The translations under genes and the position numbers were made by a program. Below the pieces are notes generated by a model. It was not told the DNA's origin and did not search any database. It saw nothing but the letters and a program-made list of their open reading frames with translations. DNA of 64,000 nucleotides from Bacteroidota bacterium (GTDB lineage: Bacteria > Bacteroidota > Bacteroidia > UBA7662 > JAIXUI01), in NCBI GenBank assembly GCA_027484125.1, contig JAIXUI010000074.1, positions 63,791-127,790 of the forward strand, read 5' to 3'. Of the stretch, positions 55,818 through 64,000 are shown piece by piece (position 1 is the stretch's first letter; each line of letters starts with the position of its first letter).

Positions 55818-56648
55818 ATGAAAGCGCTTTTGATTAGTAAACATCAGAAAGAGCAAAGCCTGTTGAAACCGCTTTTAGATGTTGGTATTGAACTTAGCGT
55901 TTGGCACGATTTCGACACCGACCAACTCGGGACATTTTCTGGAACCATAACCAGAACGCTTTCGCCAATAGACGCTGCAATAGCCAAAGCACGGGCAGGA
56001 CGCGCATCTACACCGGGCTTCGACTGGTATATTGGTAGTGAAGGAAGCTTTTTTTCCGACCCAACAGTGCCTTTTATTACTCGACATCACGAACTATTGG
56101 TTGCGCTTCCTTCCCAACATGAAATTCCGGTAGTTACGGAAGTCAGTCAGTTGATAAGCTGGGCAATAGACCAAGAGGTAAGTTCGGAAGAAGCGTTTCT
56201 TCAATTGATTGATGGAGATTTATCTGAAGGAAAAGAACATGCATTTCTTTCTTTACCCGGAGCGCCACCACAGGAGCGGATTGAAGTAGCCTCAGGAAGG
56301 GAAGCCTTGGTGAAGGCCTACCAACAGCTATCGCGAAATGGGGAGTTGCCGATACAGGTAATGTCCGATTTACGAGCACACCGCAGCAAAAACCGACGAC
56401 AGCTTATTGAGCAAGCTGCACAAGCCTTAGCTGCAAAACTTGCGACTCAATGTCCTAATTGTGGACAAAAAGGATTTGGAATAAAGCGATTACTTCCAGG
56501 GCTTCCATGCGCTTGGTGCTTAAATCCAACCGGAGCAGTTAGAGCTCAATTTTGGTCATGTCCATTTTGTAATTATCAGGAAGAAAAAAGCGATTCGGGG
56601 TCAGGACCCTTCGCAGATCCGGGGATGTGTGGGATTTGCAATCCCTAG
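55818..56648 (+). CDS. hypothetical protein with C-terminal multi-Cys zinc-ribbon region
   Basis: 276 aa with C-terminal CPNCGQKG...CAWC...CPFC...CGIC. No family recognised. Confidence 0.45.
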   Translation: MKALLISKHQKEQSLLKPLLDVGIELSVWHDFDTDQLGTFSGTITRTLSPIDAAIAKARAGRASTPGFDWYIGSEGSFFSDPTVPFITRHHELLVALPSQHEIPVVTEVSQLISWAIDQEVSSEEAFLQLIDGDLSEGKEHAFLSLPGAPPQERIEVASGREALVKAYQQLSRNGELPIQVMSDLRAHRSKNRRQLIEQAAQALAAKLATQCPNCGQKGFGIKRLLPGLPCAWCLNPTGAVRAQFWSCPFCNYQEEKSDSGSGPFADPGMCGICNP

Positions 56649-56691
56649 AAGTAGAACGTTGGCGTGAAAATGACATCAGGACATTTCTAAA

Positions 56692-58869
56692 TTACAACAC
56701 ACGTACACCGCAATTAATCCAAAACGAACGGCCTTCGCCTGGCAGAATACCAGGCCCGGGGTAGCCACCCGCAAAGCGGCTGATGTAGCGATGATTGGCT
56801 AGGTTTTGAATTCCCGCTTGAACAGAAAAGCGTTTAACCTCATAGCGAATACTTAGATCGAGGACAGCCCAAGCGGGCATATATCCTGAAGTAGCAGCTA
56901 CTGTCTGGATGGCATTAGTAGCATCACCATATTGACTTCCAGTGCCACTACCTATGAGCATGAGCTGCCATTTTTTCCAAGAGATGCCAAATCCGGAACG
57001 AAGCATCCAGGACGGCGCATACTCGACCACATTGCCGACGACTTCTGCTACACCTCCGGTGTAGCGGGCATAGTTGACACTTCCCGAAAGGAACCAGTCC
57101 GTTTTAAAGGCACCAATGCGATTTTCCACCTGCGCACTGAATTCCGCGCCTACGGCGCGGGACCCTCCTATATTCGTACGAAAGCGATATTCCGTAAAAA
57201 CACGAGGATCCAACTTTATTAAAGTGCCGATTCGATTCGAATACCACAACCCGAATACACTTACCTCATATCGCCAACTTTGCTTTTTTCTTCGCCAACC
57301 CAAGTCAAAACTCCAGCCTCGCTCATCCTGAATAAGTGAGTCTGTCACGAAGTTTGGATTCACAATTCTTAAATCGCTGAACGTGACCGGACGATAATTG
57401 GCGCAAAACGAAGTGTACAGCTCGTTGTCAGCTCCAAGCTGATAACTCAATCCTAATCCATACAACCAGACCGTACGATTTCGGTTAAGTTGGTCCTCCT
57501 GTCGCAGTCTCGATATCAAATTGCCAGCATCATCGCGAACCAGCAACTGATAGAATCCATCAGCACCAGTGCGTATTTGCTCACGACGTAAACCCGCCGT
57601 TGCAGACCATTTGGAAGTAATCCGCCAGAGGTATTCAGTGAAAAAAGCAACGTTCCTCCCAGGATTTTGGTAATCGTTAAGCGTGTCTCCAACCGCTGAA
57701 AAGTTCGCATCTGAACCACGAGAACCTTCAGCCTGAAACTGACGGGCGTCGCCACGATAAAGACGAATGCCAGTCAACCAGAACGCAGGCCGACCAGATA
57801 GCTCATGGCGCCACAACAGCCGACTTTCGTGACCGATATTGAAAAAACGACCATCCAACAATTGACGAACCGACTCCGGACGGTCGAACTCAAAAATGCG
57901 GCTCAGGTTTCCCACCGCTTGACGCTGTGCGAGCGTTAGAAACGTTCTGCCTTGGTAGTTCAAGTTACCAAAAGACTTATTAACCTGAACACTTCCCAAC
58001 TGCCAGTTGATAGCAAACCAATTTCTGGAGCGAACACTCTGGCGAGGATCCTCATCAAAACCAGCGAAAGTGAGACCACCACTTTGCTGAGCCAAATAAC
58101 GCTGATAAGTGTAAGAAGCCTCCCACTGCCAACCCCTATTGGTGTGGTGTTTAAAAGCCAAATAAGCAGTTCCCTGGCGGTATTGACTGTTAGCACGCCA
58201 ACCATCACCAGCGCGCCACTGACCAAATACCAGCAAGCCCGTTTTATTCCAACCTTTTTCAAAAAAGAGATGTCCATTAGCCTGATTGAAAGAAGCTAAG
58301 CCCGTAGCAGCCTCAAGCCTAAAACCGGTACCTAATGATGGCGACTTCAGCACAAAATTGACCAAGCCACCAAGCTGTGGCCCAAACTGTAGAGAAGCAG
58401 CGCCCTTGATCCATTCTATACGATCCACCAAAACAAGCGGAGGAGTATAATAACTCTCCGGATAACCAAGCGCATCAGCACTCATATCCACCCCATTCTG
58501 ACGCAGATTCATGTGTTCGGAGCGATTCGGATTGAGCCCGCGAGTGCTGATATTGAGTTGTAAGCCATTCCCATCATTCTCCGCTATTTGCAAACCCGTA
58601 AACCCAGCCAAAGCTGCCCTGGCCTGGTTGCCCTGTAAATTCACATTCATATTGGAAAGCTTCAAAACCTCCGTTTTCCTTGCCGCATTCAGACCATCTT
58701 GAGTCACATCCCTGAGCTTATCCTGACGCTTTGCTTCCTCAGTAACCTGAATCTCCTTCAAAGACTTTTTCAGCCGAAGACTGTCATTCCTTTGGGCGTT
58801 TAGGCTAGTTGAACTCAGAACAAGAAGAAAGTAAGCAATTAAAAATTTGGATTCCACGGATTGAGCCAC
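56692..58869 (-). CDS. TonB-dependent outer-membrane receptor
   Basis: Signal peptide, plug domain (...LQGNQARAALAGFTGLQIAENDGNGLQ...) and a roughly 600-aa barrel. The start is GTG at 58867-58869, and the 5' end overlaps the HTTM gene by 31 nt. Confidence 0.8.
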   Translation of the reverse strand: MAQSVESKFLIAYFLLVLSSTSLNAQRNDSLRLKKSLKEIQVTEEAKRQDKLRDVTQDGLNAARKTEVLKLSNMNVNLQGNQARAALAGFTGLQIAENDGNGLQLNISTRGLNPNRSEHMNLRQNGVDMSADALGYPESYYTPPLVLVDRIEWIKGAASLQFGPQLGGLVNFVLKSPSLGTGFRLEAATGLASFNQANGHLFFEKGWNKTGLLVFGQWRAGDGWRANSQYRQGTAYLAFKHHTNRGWQWEASYTYQRYLAQQSGGLTFAGFDEDPRQSVRSRNWFAINWQLGSVQVNKSFGNLNYQGRTFLTLAQRQAVGNLSRIFEFDRPESVRQLLDGRFFNIGHESRLLWRHELSGRPAFWLTGIRLYRGDARQFQAEGSRGSDANFSAVGDTLNDYQNPGRNVAFFTEYLWRITSKWSATAGLRREQIRTGADGFYQLLVRDDAGNLISRLRQEDQLNRNRTVWLYGLGLSYQLGADNELYTSFCANYRPVTFSDLRIVNPNFVTDSLIQDERGWSFDLGWRRKKQSWRYEVSVFGLWYSNRIGTLIKLDPRVFTEYRFRTNIGGSRAVGAEFSAQVENRIGAFKTDWFLSGSVNYARYTGGVAEVVGNVVEYAPSWMLRSGFGISWKKWQLMLIGSGTGSQYGDATNAIQTVAATSGYMPAWAVLDLSIRYEVKRFSVQAGIQNLANHRYISRFAGGYPGPGILPGEGRSFWINCGVRVL

Positions 58870-60158
58870 GATTTAGGCGCGAAAGAATCGCGCAAATTCA
58901 TCAAGTTGAGGTGAGGAGAGAAAAGCAACTGCCCGCGACGGCCATTCAAAGTAACCCAGACTTCTGCACGAACAATCGGCGTACTCCCATCCGGCAGAAG
59001 GTGACGCTTACCCAGGTAATGAGCAAACTGAAGCAACAGATCCGGCTGAAACGACATCTGTTTTTCTTGGGTATCGTTGAGGTAGTCCCGATTTCGGACC
59101 TGCCATTCCTTTCCACTTTTAGGATCTCGAATATAGAACTGGGCCGTTCCTGCCTTTTCCATCAACATTACACGCCAAGAAAAGCGGTAACCTTCTTCCT
59201 TCCAGAACAATGGCCCCGGATAAGCCAGGTAACGCCACGGCCAAACCAGTTGAAAAAGAATCAATAAATGTGTGAAACGAAATAAGTAGCGGTGTTGAAG
59301 TGCCAATTCAGCAGGCTTAACTCCATGCCACTGCCATATACGAGCATGAAACTGATCAGAGAAAAACACGAGAGCCGAAATCGACATCACTACTGGAAAT
59401 ATGCCAATAGGAAACATCAAACCAGTGAGCAAGTGGAAAGCCAGTAACATCAGATAAGCAAGAGGACGAATTCGCTTATTCAGTAACAGAAAGGGAATGC
59501 TGACATCGAATAACATCCCAGCCCAAGAAAAAACCAGCGCAGTTTCCGGCTTAGTCATCCAAGAACCAACAACAGGCCAGTGAGAAAAGGCTGGTAACCA
59601 CATGCGCAAAGGAAGTCCGTGATGCAGCCAGTCAGCGTTTATTTTCGCCAGACCAGCATAGAAATAAACCATTCCGAGCCAAAACGCAGGCAATGCGCGC
59701 ATCCAAAACGGAACACAGCCAGCAGCCTTAACGCGCCTCCATTTAACATCAACAGAAAACGCCCGATGCGCAGGTAAAATCAGCAACGTAAAAGCCATAA
59801 GACTCACGAAGTAGTAATGATTGAGGTAGTAAGCCGCGTCCAGCAACTCGATGTAGCTGAACGTAAGCAAGAAAACAGCACACGACCAACGGTAAAATGC
59901 GCCTAAAGCGACGCCCAAGGCTGCAATACCCATCAACGCCATTACCGCGTGAATACCGAAAGCCGGAAGTGGTTTCACCCACTCCCAGCCATAATAGTTA
60001 AAATGAAAATCAGGCTGAAGGTATTGTGCTTCCACAAACCCCATCCAGTAGGAGCGAACCACTGCAGCAACCATCATAAGTCCAAAAGCAACACGTAGCG
60101 TTACCAACGGACGAATGTCGGCTGCCTCAAACAGCCGTTGTCTCCAGCTACTAATCAC
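58839..60158 (-). CDS. HTTM (vitamin K-dependent gamma-carboxylase-like) domain membrane protein
   Basis: ...DIRPLVTLRVAFGLMMV... HTTM N-terminus with multiple TM helices. GTG start at 60156-60158. Confidence 0.75.
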   Translation of the reverse strand: MISSWRQRLFEAADIRPLVTLRVAFGLMMVAAVVRSYWMGFVEAQYLQPDFHFNYYGWEWVKPLPAFGIHAVMALMGIAALGVALGAFYRWSCAVFLLTFSYIELLDAAYYLNHYYFVSLMAFTLLILPAHRAFSVDVKWRRVKAAGCVPFWMRALPAFWLGMVYFYAGLAKINADWLHHGLPLRMWLPAFSHWPVVGSWMTKPETALVFSWAGMLFDVSIPFLLLNKRIRPLAYLMLLAFHLLTGLMFPIGIFPVVMSISALVFFSDQFHARIWQWHGVKPAELALQHRYLFRFTHLLILFQLVWPWRYLAYPGPLFWKEEGYRFSWRVMLMEKAGTAQFYIRDPKSGKEWQVRNRDYLNDTQEKQMSFQPDLLLQFAHYLGKRHLLPDGSTPIVRAEVWVTLNGRRGQLLFSPHLNLMNLRDSFAPKSWLNPWNPNF

Positions 60159-61227
60159 CGTCGTTGGAACTATACGTAATGGTCAAGCCCAACAAAGAAG
60201 CCATCTCACTTTTATAAAAGCGCGTCATTCGGGTTAACGCATCATTCAGCGAACGTAATTCCGGCTGCTGATTTCTTACCAGATCATCCAATGGCGCAGG
60301 AGGAAGCACCTGCATAGCAGAAATAACCCGTGCCCATTGATTTGAAGTACTGTCAAATAAAGTTTGACCATTGAAAGAAGCCAGTACATAGTCATCGAAT
60401 CCCAAACCACTTCCACCTGAATACACCCGATGAATAGACTGAAGATGCGTTATAAGCCCTTCTCTCCCTGCCTTACTATGCAGTGCCTCCACTTTATCTG
60501 GCTCTGGCTGCTGCTGACCAGGCCGTAATCCCATGGGTAACCCTAGTCGGAAGTTTTTACTAAACTCATAACTCATCAAAAAAGCATTATACATCTGCGT
60601 AATCGAGCTACCTGCATCAGTTCCTGCAGAAGCAACAAAATCATTTCGGTAAGAAATCCACCGTTGTTTCACGTTCGCAACCTGCGATTGAAAGTGCTTA
60701 CCCAAGGCTCTCAGATAAGCCGCTCTCCCGGGATTGGCCAAGGCAGCAATGAGTTGATTGTCCGATTTCGAGCGGTCAAAAAGCAAGTAATCCAAGGCAA
60801 ACAAGCCACGCGTATCACGCTCAAAGTTCTGAAAGCTAGTGTCAGAAGCCTGAATAAACTGCTCAATTCGAGCTTCATTGGCAGGAAAAGTGCCGGTAAG
60901 CTCCCGCAAACTGCCTAAGCTTGTTTCAGCCGGGCCAAACATCCAAACAGAAGCCTTCAGCCAAAGTCGGTAGGTGCTGTTCCATTGAATACGTGCTGCG
61001 GAAAGCGTTTGGACATCCGGTTGAAAGCTTAATGCCTCGAGCTGAAGTGAAAGCTGCTGTGAAGCACGATGCAAACTATCGAAGTCGGGCTGAATCAGGC
61101 TGTCTGCATAGTGCCGAAGCATGGCAGAACGGTCAAAAGACCCCGACTTTGTCGGCTGTTGATCATCAGTACAACCGACAAGTGTAAACGTCCAGAGAAT
61201 TAAAAAACCTGCCAGTAATCCCCTCAT
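60151..61227 (-). CDS. imelysin-family (peptidase M75 / EfeO-like) lipoprotein
   Basis: Lipobox ...FTLVGC. Imelysin-like helical domain (...LWLKASVWMFGPAE...). Confidence 0.7.
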   Translation of the reverse strand: MRGLLAGFLILWTFTLVGCTDDQQPTKSGSFDRSAMLRHYADSLIQPDFDSLHRASQQLSLQLEALSFQPDVQTLSAARIQWNSTYRLWLKASVWMFGPAETSLGSLRELTGTFPANEARIEQFIQASDTSFQNFERDTRGLFALDYLLFDRSKSDNQLIAALANPGRAAYLRALGKHFQSQVANVKQRWISYRNDFVASAGTDAGSSITQMYNAFLMSYEFSKNFRLGLPMGLRPGQQQPEPDKVEALHSKAGREGLITHLQSIHRVYSGGSGLGFDDYVLASFNGQTLFDSTSNQWARVISAMQVLPPAPLDDLVRNQQPELRSLNDALTRMTRFYKSEMASLLGLTITYSSNDGD

Positions 61228-62351
61228 CGGTTTTGAACATTTACCCAGTTCTGACGGAAATCCGTGAGGTCAGCTTGGCTAAAACCATAAATTGACTTCA
61301 GCAATCCAACCGCACCTTGGTTATCATCCAGCTTTGGCAATTCTTGAAAAGCATTCGTTGCGAATTTGTAAACCGTGGCATTGCCGTTGAAAGGAGCATT
61401 GAGCAAGCTTAAAATAGCATCAATTTGAGCATCGGTAATGATTCTGTCAGCGGCTGGAATAGCTTTCATCCCGAGTGTAAATCCGATGGCTTCACCAATG
61501 GCATGTAACGCCCTTGCAGAAGCGTCTGCACCTGGGTTGGCTACCGACAATGCACTGGTTGCTGAATAACAATAGTTAATCACCGTCGCCATCAAAGCCT
61601 TTTCCCAGTTCGCTTTCAGGCTGTTTAATGCCGCCTGATATTCTGCATCGTAAGCAGCTCCAGCCTTGGCCGCCGCTTGAAGCTCCAAAAAGTTTCTTTT
61701 GATTCGTGTGTACAAGCCTTGACCATCATTCTTATCTCTTCGAGCCGCATAGGCTGCTGAAAAACGGTCAGGAGTGCTGACTTTGTCGCTATTGGGAAAG
61801 CTGGCAGGCGCTCCAAACAACACCACAGCCTTCTGAACGCGGGCGATCGATGGGGTACTCAACAGCTCAAGTGCCAGGCGAAATTGCGTTCCGGCAAACT
61901 GACTCTTCTCAACCATCTGCTCCATCTCAACACCGTTTTCATCAAACAAATAGGCCGAAGAACCCGAGCCATAAACCCCTCCTTCGCCGGTAGTAACTCC
62001 GGGAGTCCAGCTATTCCCTGAAGATTTAGACAGTTCCGATAACCAAAAAGGATAACGACTCTTCAGTGGAGCCACAGCTCTATTTCCCGGAACACTGTCT
62101 CCGCTTCCCCCTTGCCATAATGCCAGCAATTCACTCTCCAACACTTGCTGACCTAACCTGCCGGCCTTCATTTTTCCTGTTAGGGTTGAAATGCGTCGGT
62201 TTAAGGCATCTTCCAAGGCGGTATTGGCGCTCATGCCGTTTGTATCCAACTCGGCATTGAGGTTGAGAGGCTGCCTGACAGGCGCGTCATCTTTTTGGCA
62301 TGAGGCCAATAGTATAGCTCCAAAGAGCAGGATGGATAAAGTTGATTTCAT
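61224..62351 (-). CDS. DUF4856-like lipoprotein
   Basis: Lipobox LLASC. A position upstream of imelysin-HTTM is typical of DUF4856. Family assignment is from memory. Confidence 0.5.
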   Translation of the reverse strand: MKSTLSILLFGAILLASCQKDDAPVRQPLNLNAELDTNGMSANTALEDALNRRISTLTGKMKAGRLGQQVLESELLALWQGGSGDSVPGNRAVAPLKSRYPFWLSELSKSSGNSWTPGVTTGEGGVYGSGSSAYLFDENGVEMEQMVEKSQFAGTQFRLALELLSTPSIARVQKAVVLFGAPASFPNSDKVSTPDRFSAAYAARRDKNDGQGLYTRIKRNFLELQAAAKAGAAYDAEYQAALNSLKANWEKALMATVINYCYSATSALSVANPGADASARALHAIGEAIGFTLGMKAIPAADRIITDAQIDAILSLLNAPFNGNATVYKFATNAFQELPKLDDNQGAVGLLKSIYGFSQADLTDFRQNWVNVQNR

Positions 62352-62590
62352 GATGGATGCAAATTTAAAACCCTTATTTATATTCAGTCTAATTAAATTG
62401 AATATAATTATATCTAATATTCTTTCATCTGACTCAAAAACTGCTTTCTGGGCTCTGATAACCCAATCCTAGTCTTTCTACAGTTTCACTTTTACAGTAT
62501 TTTGACAAATACCCTTAGAAGTTCTCTGGTGTAAAAGCTCAAAAGATTGACGAACACGTCCTTCATCCCCTATTTTTGGAGAGCGGAATC

Positions 62591-63445
62591 ATGAAAAATT
62601 TGTTCTACCCGGCCATCGTGGCCCTCAGCCTATTAAGTTGTAAAGAGATAGGCCCTATGATTGACATGGGTCAAACTACCTTAGCCGGCGACACATTATA
62701 TCAAGAGGCTTCTCCTGATGTAGTGAAAGGACGAAATGTGCTAATCGAAGAATTTACAGCTGTTCGATGTAACAACTGTCCACTCGGGCATAGCGATTTA
62801 AAGAACCTTGAAAATCAACATGGAGAACGTGTAGTAGTGGTCGGCGTTCATTCCGGCCCACTTTCAACACCCTATCCAAATCCTCGTTACGACTTCCGCA
62901 CACCAGAGTCCACCTTCATCGATAGTTATTTGGGTGGTGTATTGCTTCAGCCTTCCGCTTCTATCAACCGCACCCGATTCCCTGCTGAAACCAGCCTTAT
63001 CCTCGACCGCCCAAAATGGACCGGATACATCGAAAGCGAGCTCGCACAAAACGCTCCTGTCAACATCTACCTCACGTCAGAGTATGACCCTGCGACCAGA
63101 ATTGTGAAGTTAAACATGCGCAACCGCTTCAGCCAAGACCTAACCGACACCCTGGCGATCACGGTGGCCATCACTGAAAGCAACATGGTAGAAGACCAAA
63201 AGCTCCCCGATAACAGTGTAGATACTGCCTACGTACACAAACACGTGCTCCGTAAAATCATCACCCCATTCAGCGGTAGAACCATCACCAACTACAACTT
63301 CCCAAGAGGCACCGTCCTGGTACGCAACTTTGTGGACACCCTGCGTAGCGGGTGGATTCCCGAAAACTGCCAATTAGTGGCCTTCATCCATAAAACAGGC
63401 CAAGTCAAAAACGTGATACAAGCGGCGGAGGTGAAAGTTAAATGA
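62591..63445 (+). CDS. lipoprotein with thioredoxin-like CxxC motif (Omp28-related family, tentative)
   Basis: Lipobox ...SLLSC. ...EEFTAVRCNNCP... resembles the thioredoxin WCxxC context. The ORF track starts at TTG 62576; ATG 62591 is preferred here. Confidence 0.4.
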   Translation: MKNLFYPAIVALSLLSCKEIGPMIDMGQTTLAGDTLYQEASPDVVKGRNVLIEEFTAVRCNNCPLGHSDLKNLENQHGERVVVVGVHSGPLSTPYPNPRYDFRTPESTFIDSYLGGVLLQPSASINRTRFPAETSLILDRPKWTGYIESELAQNAPVNIYLTSEYDPATRIVKLNMRNRFSQDLTDTLAITVAITESNMVEDQKLPDNSVDTAYVHKHVLRKIITPFSGRTITNYNFPRGTVLVRNFVDTLRSGWIPENCQLVAFIHKTGQVKNVIQAAEVKVK

Positions 63446-64000
63446 GTTTACCGTTCAAGCCTGTTGTAATTGTAGGCGCCGGCCCCGGCGGTGCAACCAC
63501 TTCCTTGTTTCTATCAAAAAAGAAAATCAACCACCTCATTCTCGACAAAGCCACCTTCCCAAGAGATAAAATCTGTGGAGATGCCTTATCCGGAAAAGTG
63601 GTAGAGATTGCCGGATATTACGATACCGACCTCATTCGCGAATTTGCTGAACAACAGGAAACCTTCATCGGCTCTTGGGGTGTGGTCTTTGTTGCGCCTA
63701 ACGGCAAACAACTCCCAGTACCCTTCAGCTTAAATCCTGAAAAGCGCAAGTACGCTCCAGGTTTCATCAGTAAGCGCATTCATTTCGATGATTTTCTGGT
63801 GAAAAAACTCAACCCAGCATTCGCTGAAATCCGCCTGGGAACAAGCCTCGAACGGATTGAAAAATCAGAAAAAGGCTACATCCTTACCCTCAAAGGCCCT
63901 CATGGAGAGGAAAAACTCGAAACTTCCCTGTTAATCGGAGCTGAAGGCGAGCGCTCGATCGTAGCCAAACAGCTAGCTGGTTTCAAAAAGGAGCTTCCTA
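63442..64000 (+). CDS. FAD-dependent oxidoreductase (geranylgeranyl-reductase family), 5' part; continues past window end
   Basis: MSLPFKPVVIVGAGPGGATTSLFL... Rossmann GxGxxG dinucleotide-binding N-terminus, plus ...ICGDAL... Confidence 0.7.
   Translation, partial: MSLPFKPVVIVGAGPGGATTSLFLSKKKINHLILDKATFPRDKICGDALSGKVVEIAGYYDTDLIREFAEQQETFIGSWGVVFVAPNGKQLPVPFSLNPEKRKYAPGFISKRIHFDDFLVKKLNPAFAEIRLGTSLERIEKSEKGYILTLKGPHGEEKLETSLLIGAEGERSIVAKQLAGFKKELP

Overview
This 64-kb window is a chromosomal segment from a Bacteroidota genome, probably Cytophagia- or Sphingobacteriia-like. Overall GC is about 48%. Supporting signs are hairpin plus T-run intrinsic terminators, several C-terminal T9SS sorting domains, GldH- and GldE-like gliding genes, and frequent GTG/TTG start codons. 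Coding is dense on both strands and mostly housekeeping: purL, selO, ndk, nrnA-like, two FKBP PPIases, serC-serA-DUF1015, uvrA, idi, coaX, glmS, panC/panD and an rfaE-like gene. Interspersed are secreted or T9SS cargo proteins, a PSP1-GldH operon, an outer-membrane protein–LptC-like–CorC operon, a sulfur-detoxification cluster and a TonB-dependent receptor–HTTM–imelysin–DUF4856 cluster. The most unusual region is 30.3-34.4 kb. It holds a 3.1-kb, strongly AT-rich gene (about 33-35% GC) encoding a PLD nuclease–SF2 helicase–DUF3427 fusion, which I recall as the SauUSI-type modification-dependent restriction architecture. That gene sits just after a DEDDh exonuclease gene and is preceded by about 3.3 copies of a 100-119-nt tandem repeat. 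Other items worth a second look are a GC-rich, highly structured 300-nt intergenic element between selO and a LamG/T9SS gene, a cluster of TTTCACGCA-like motifs upstream of uvrA, and a PSP1 (RicT-like) protein with an (AAG)9 poly-Lys tract and four roughly 28-aa Pro/Gln/Glu/Arg repeats. Also notable are two tandem PAS-only paralogs behind a 570-bp AT-rich tract of about 22% GC, and a HigB/HigA-family (HI1419/HI1420-type) toxin-antitoxin pair. No rRNA, tRNA, CRISPR array or transposase was recognised.
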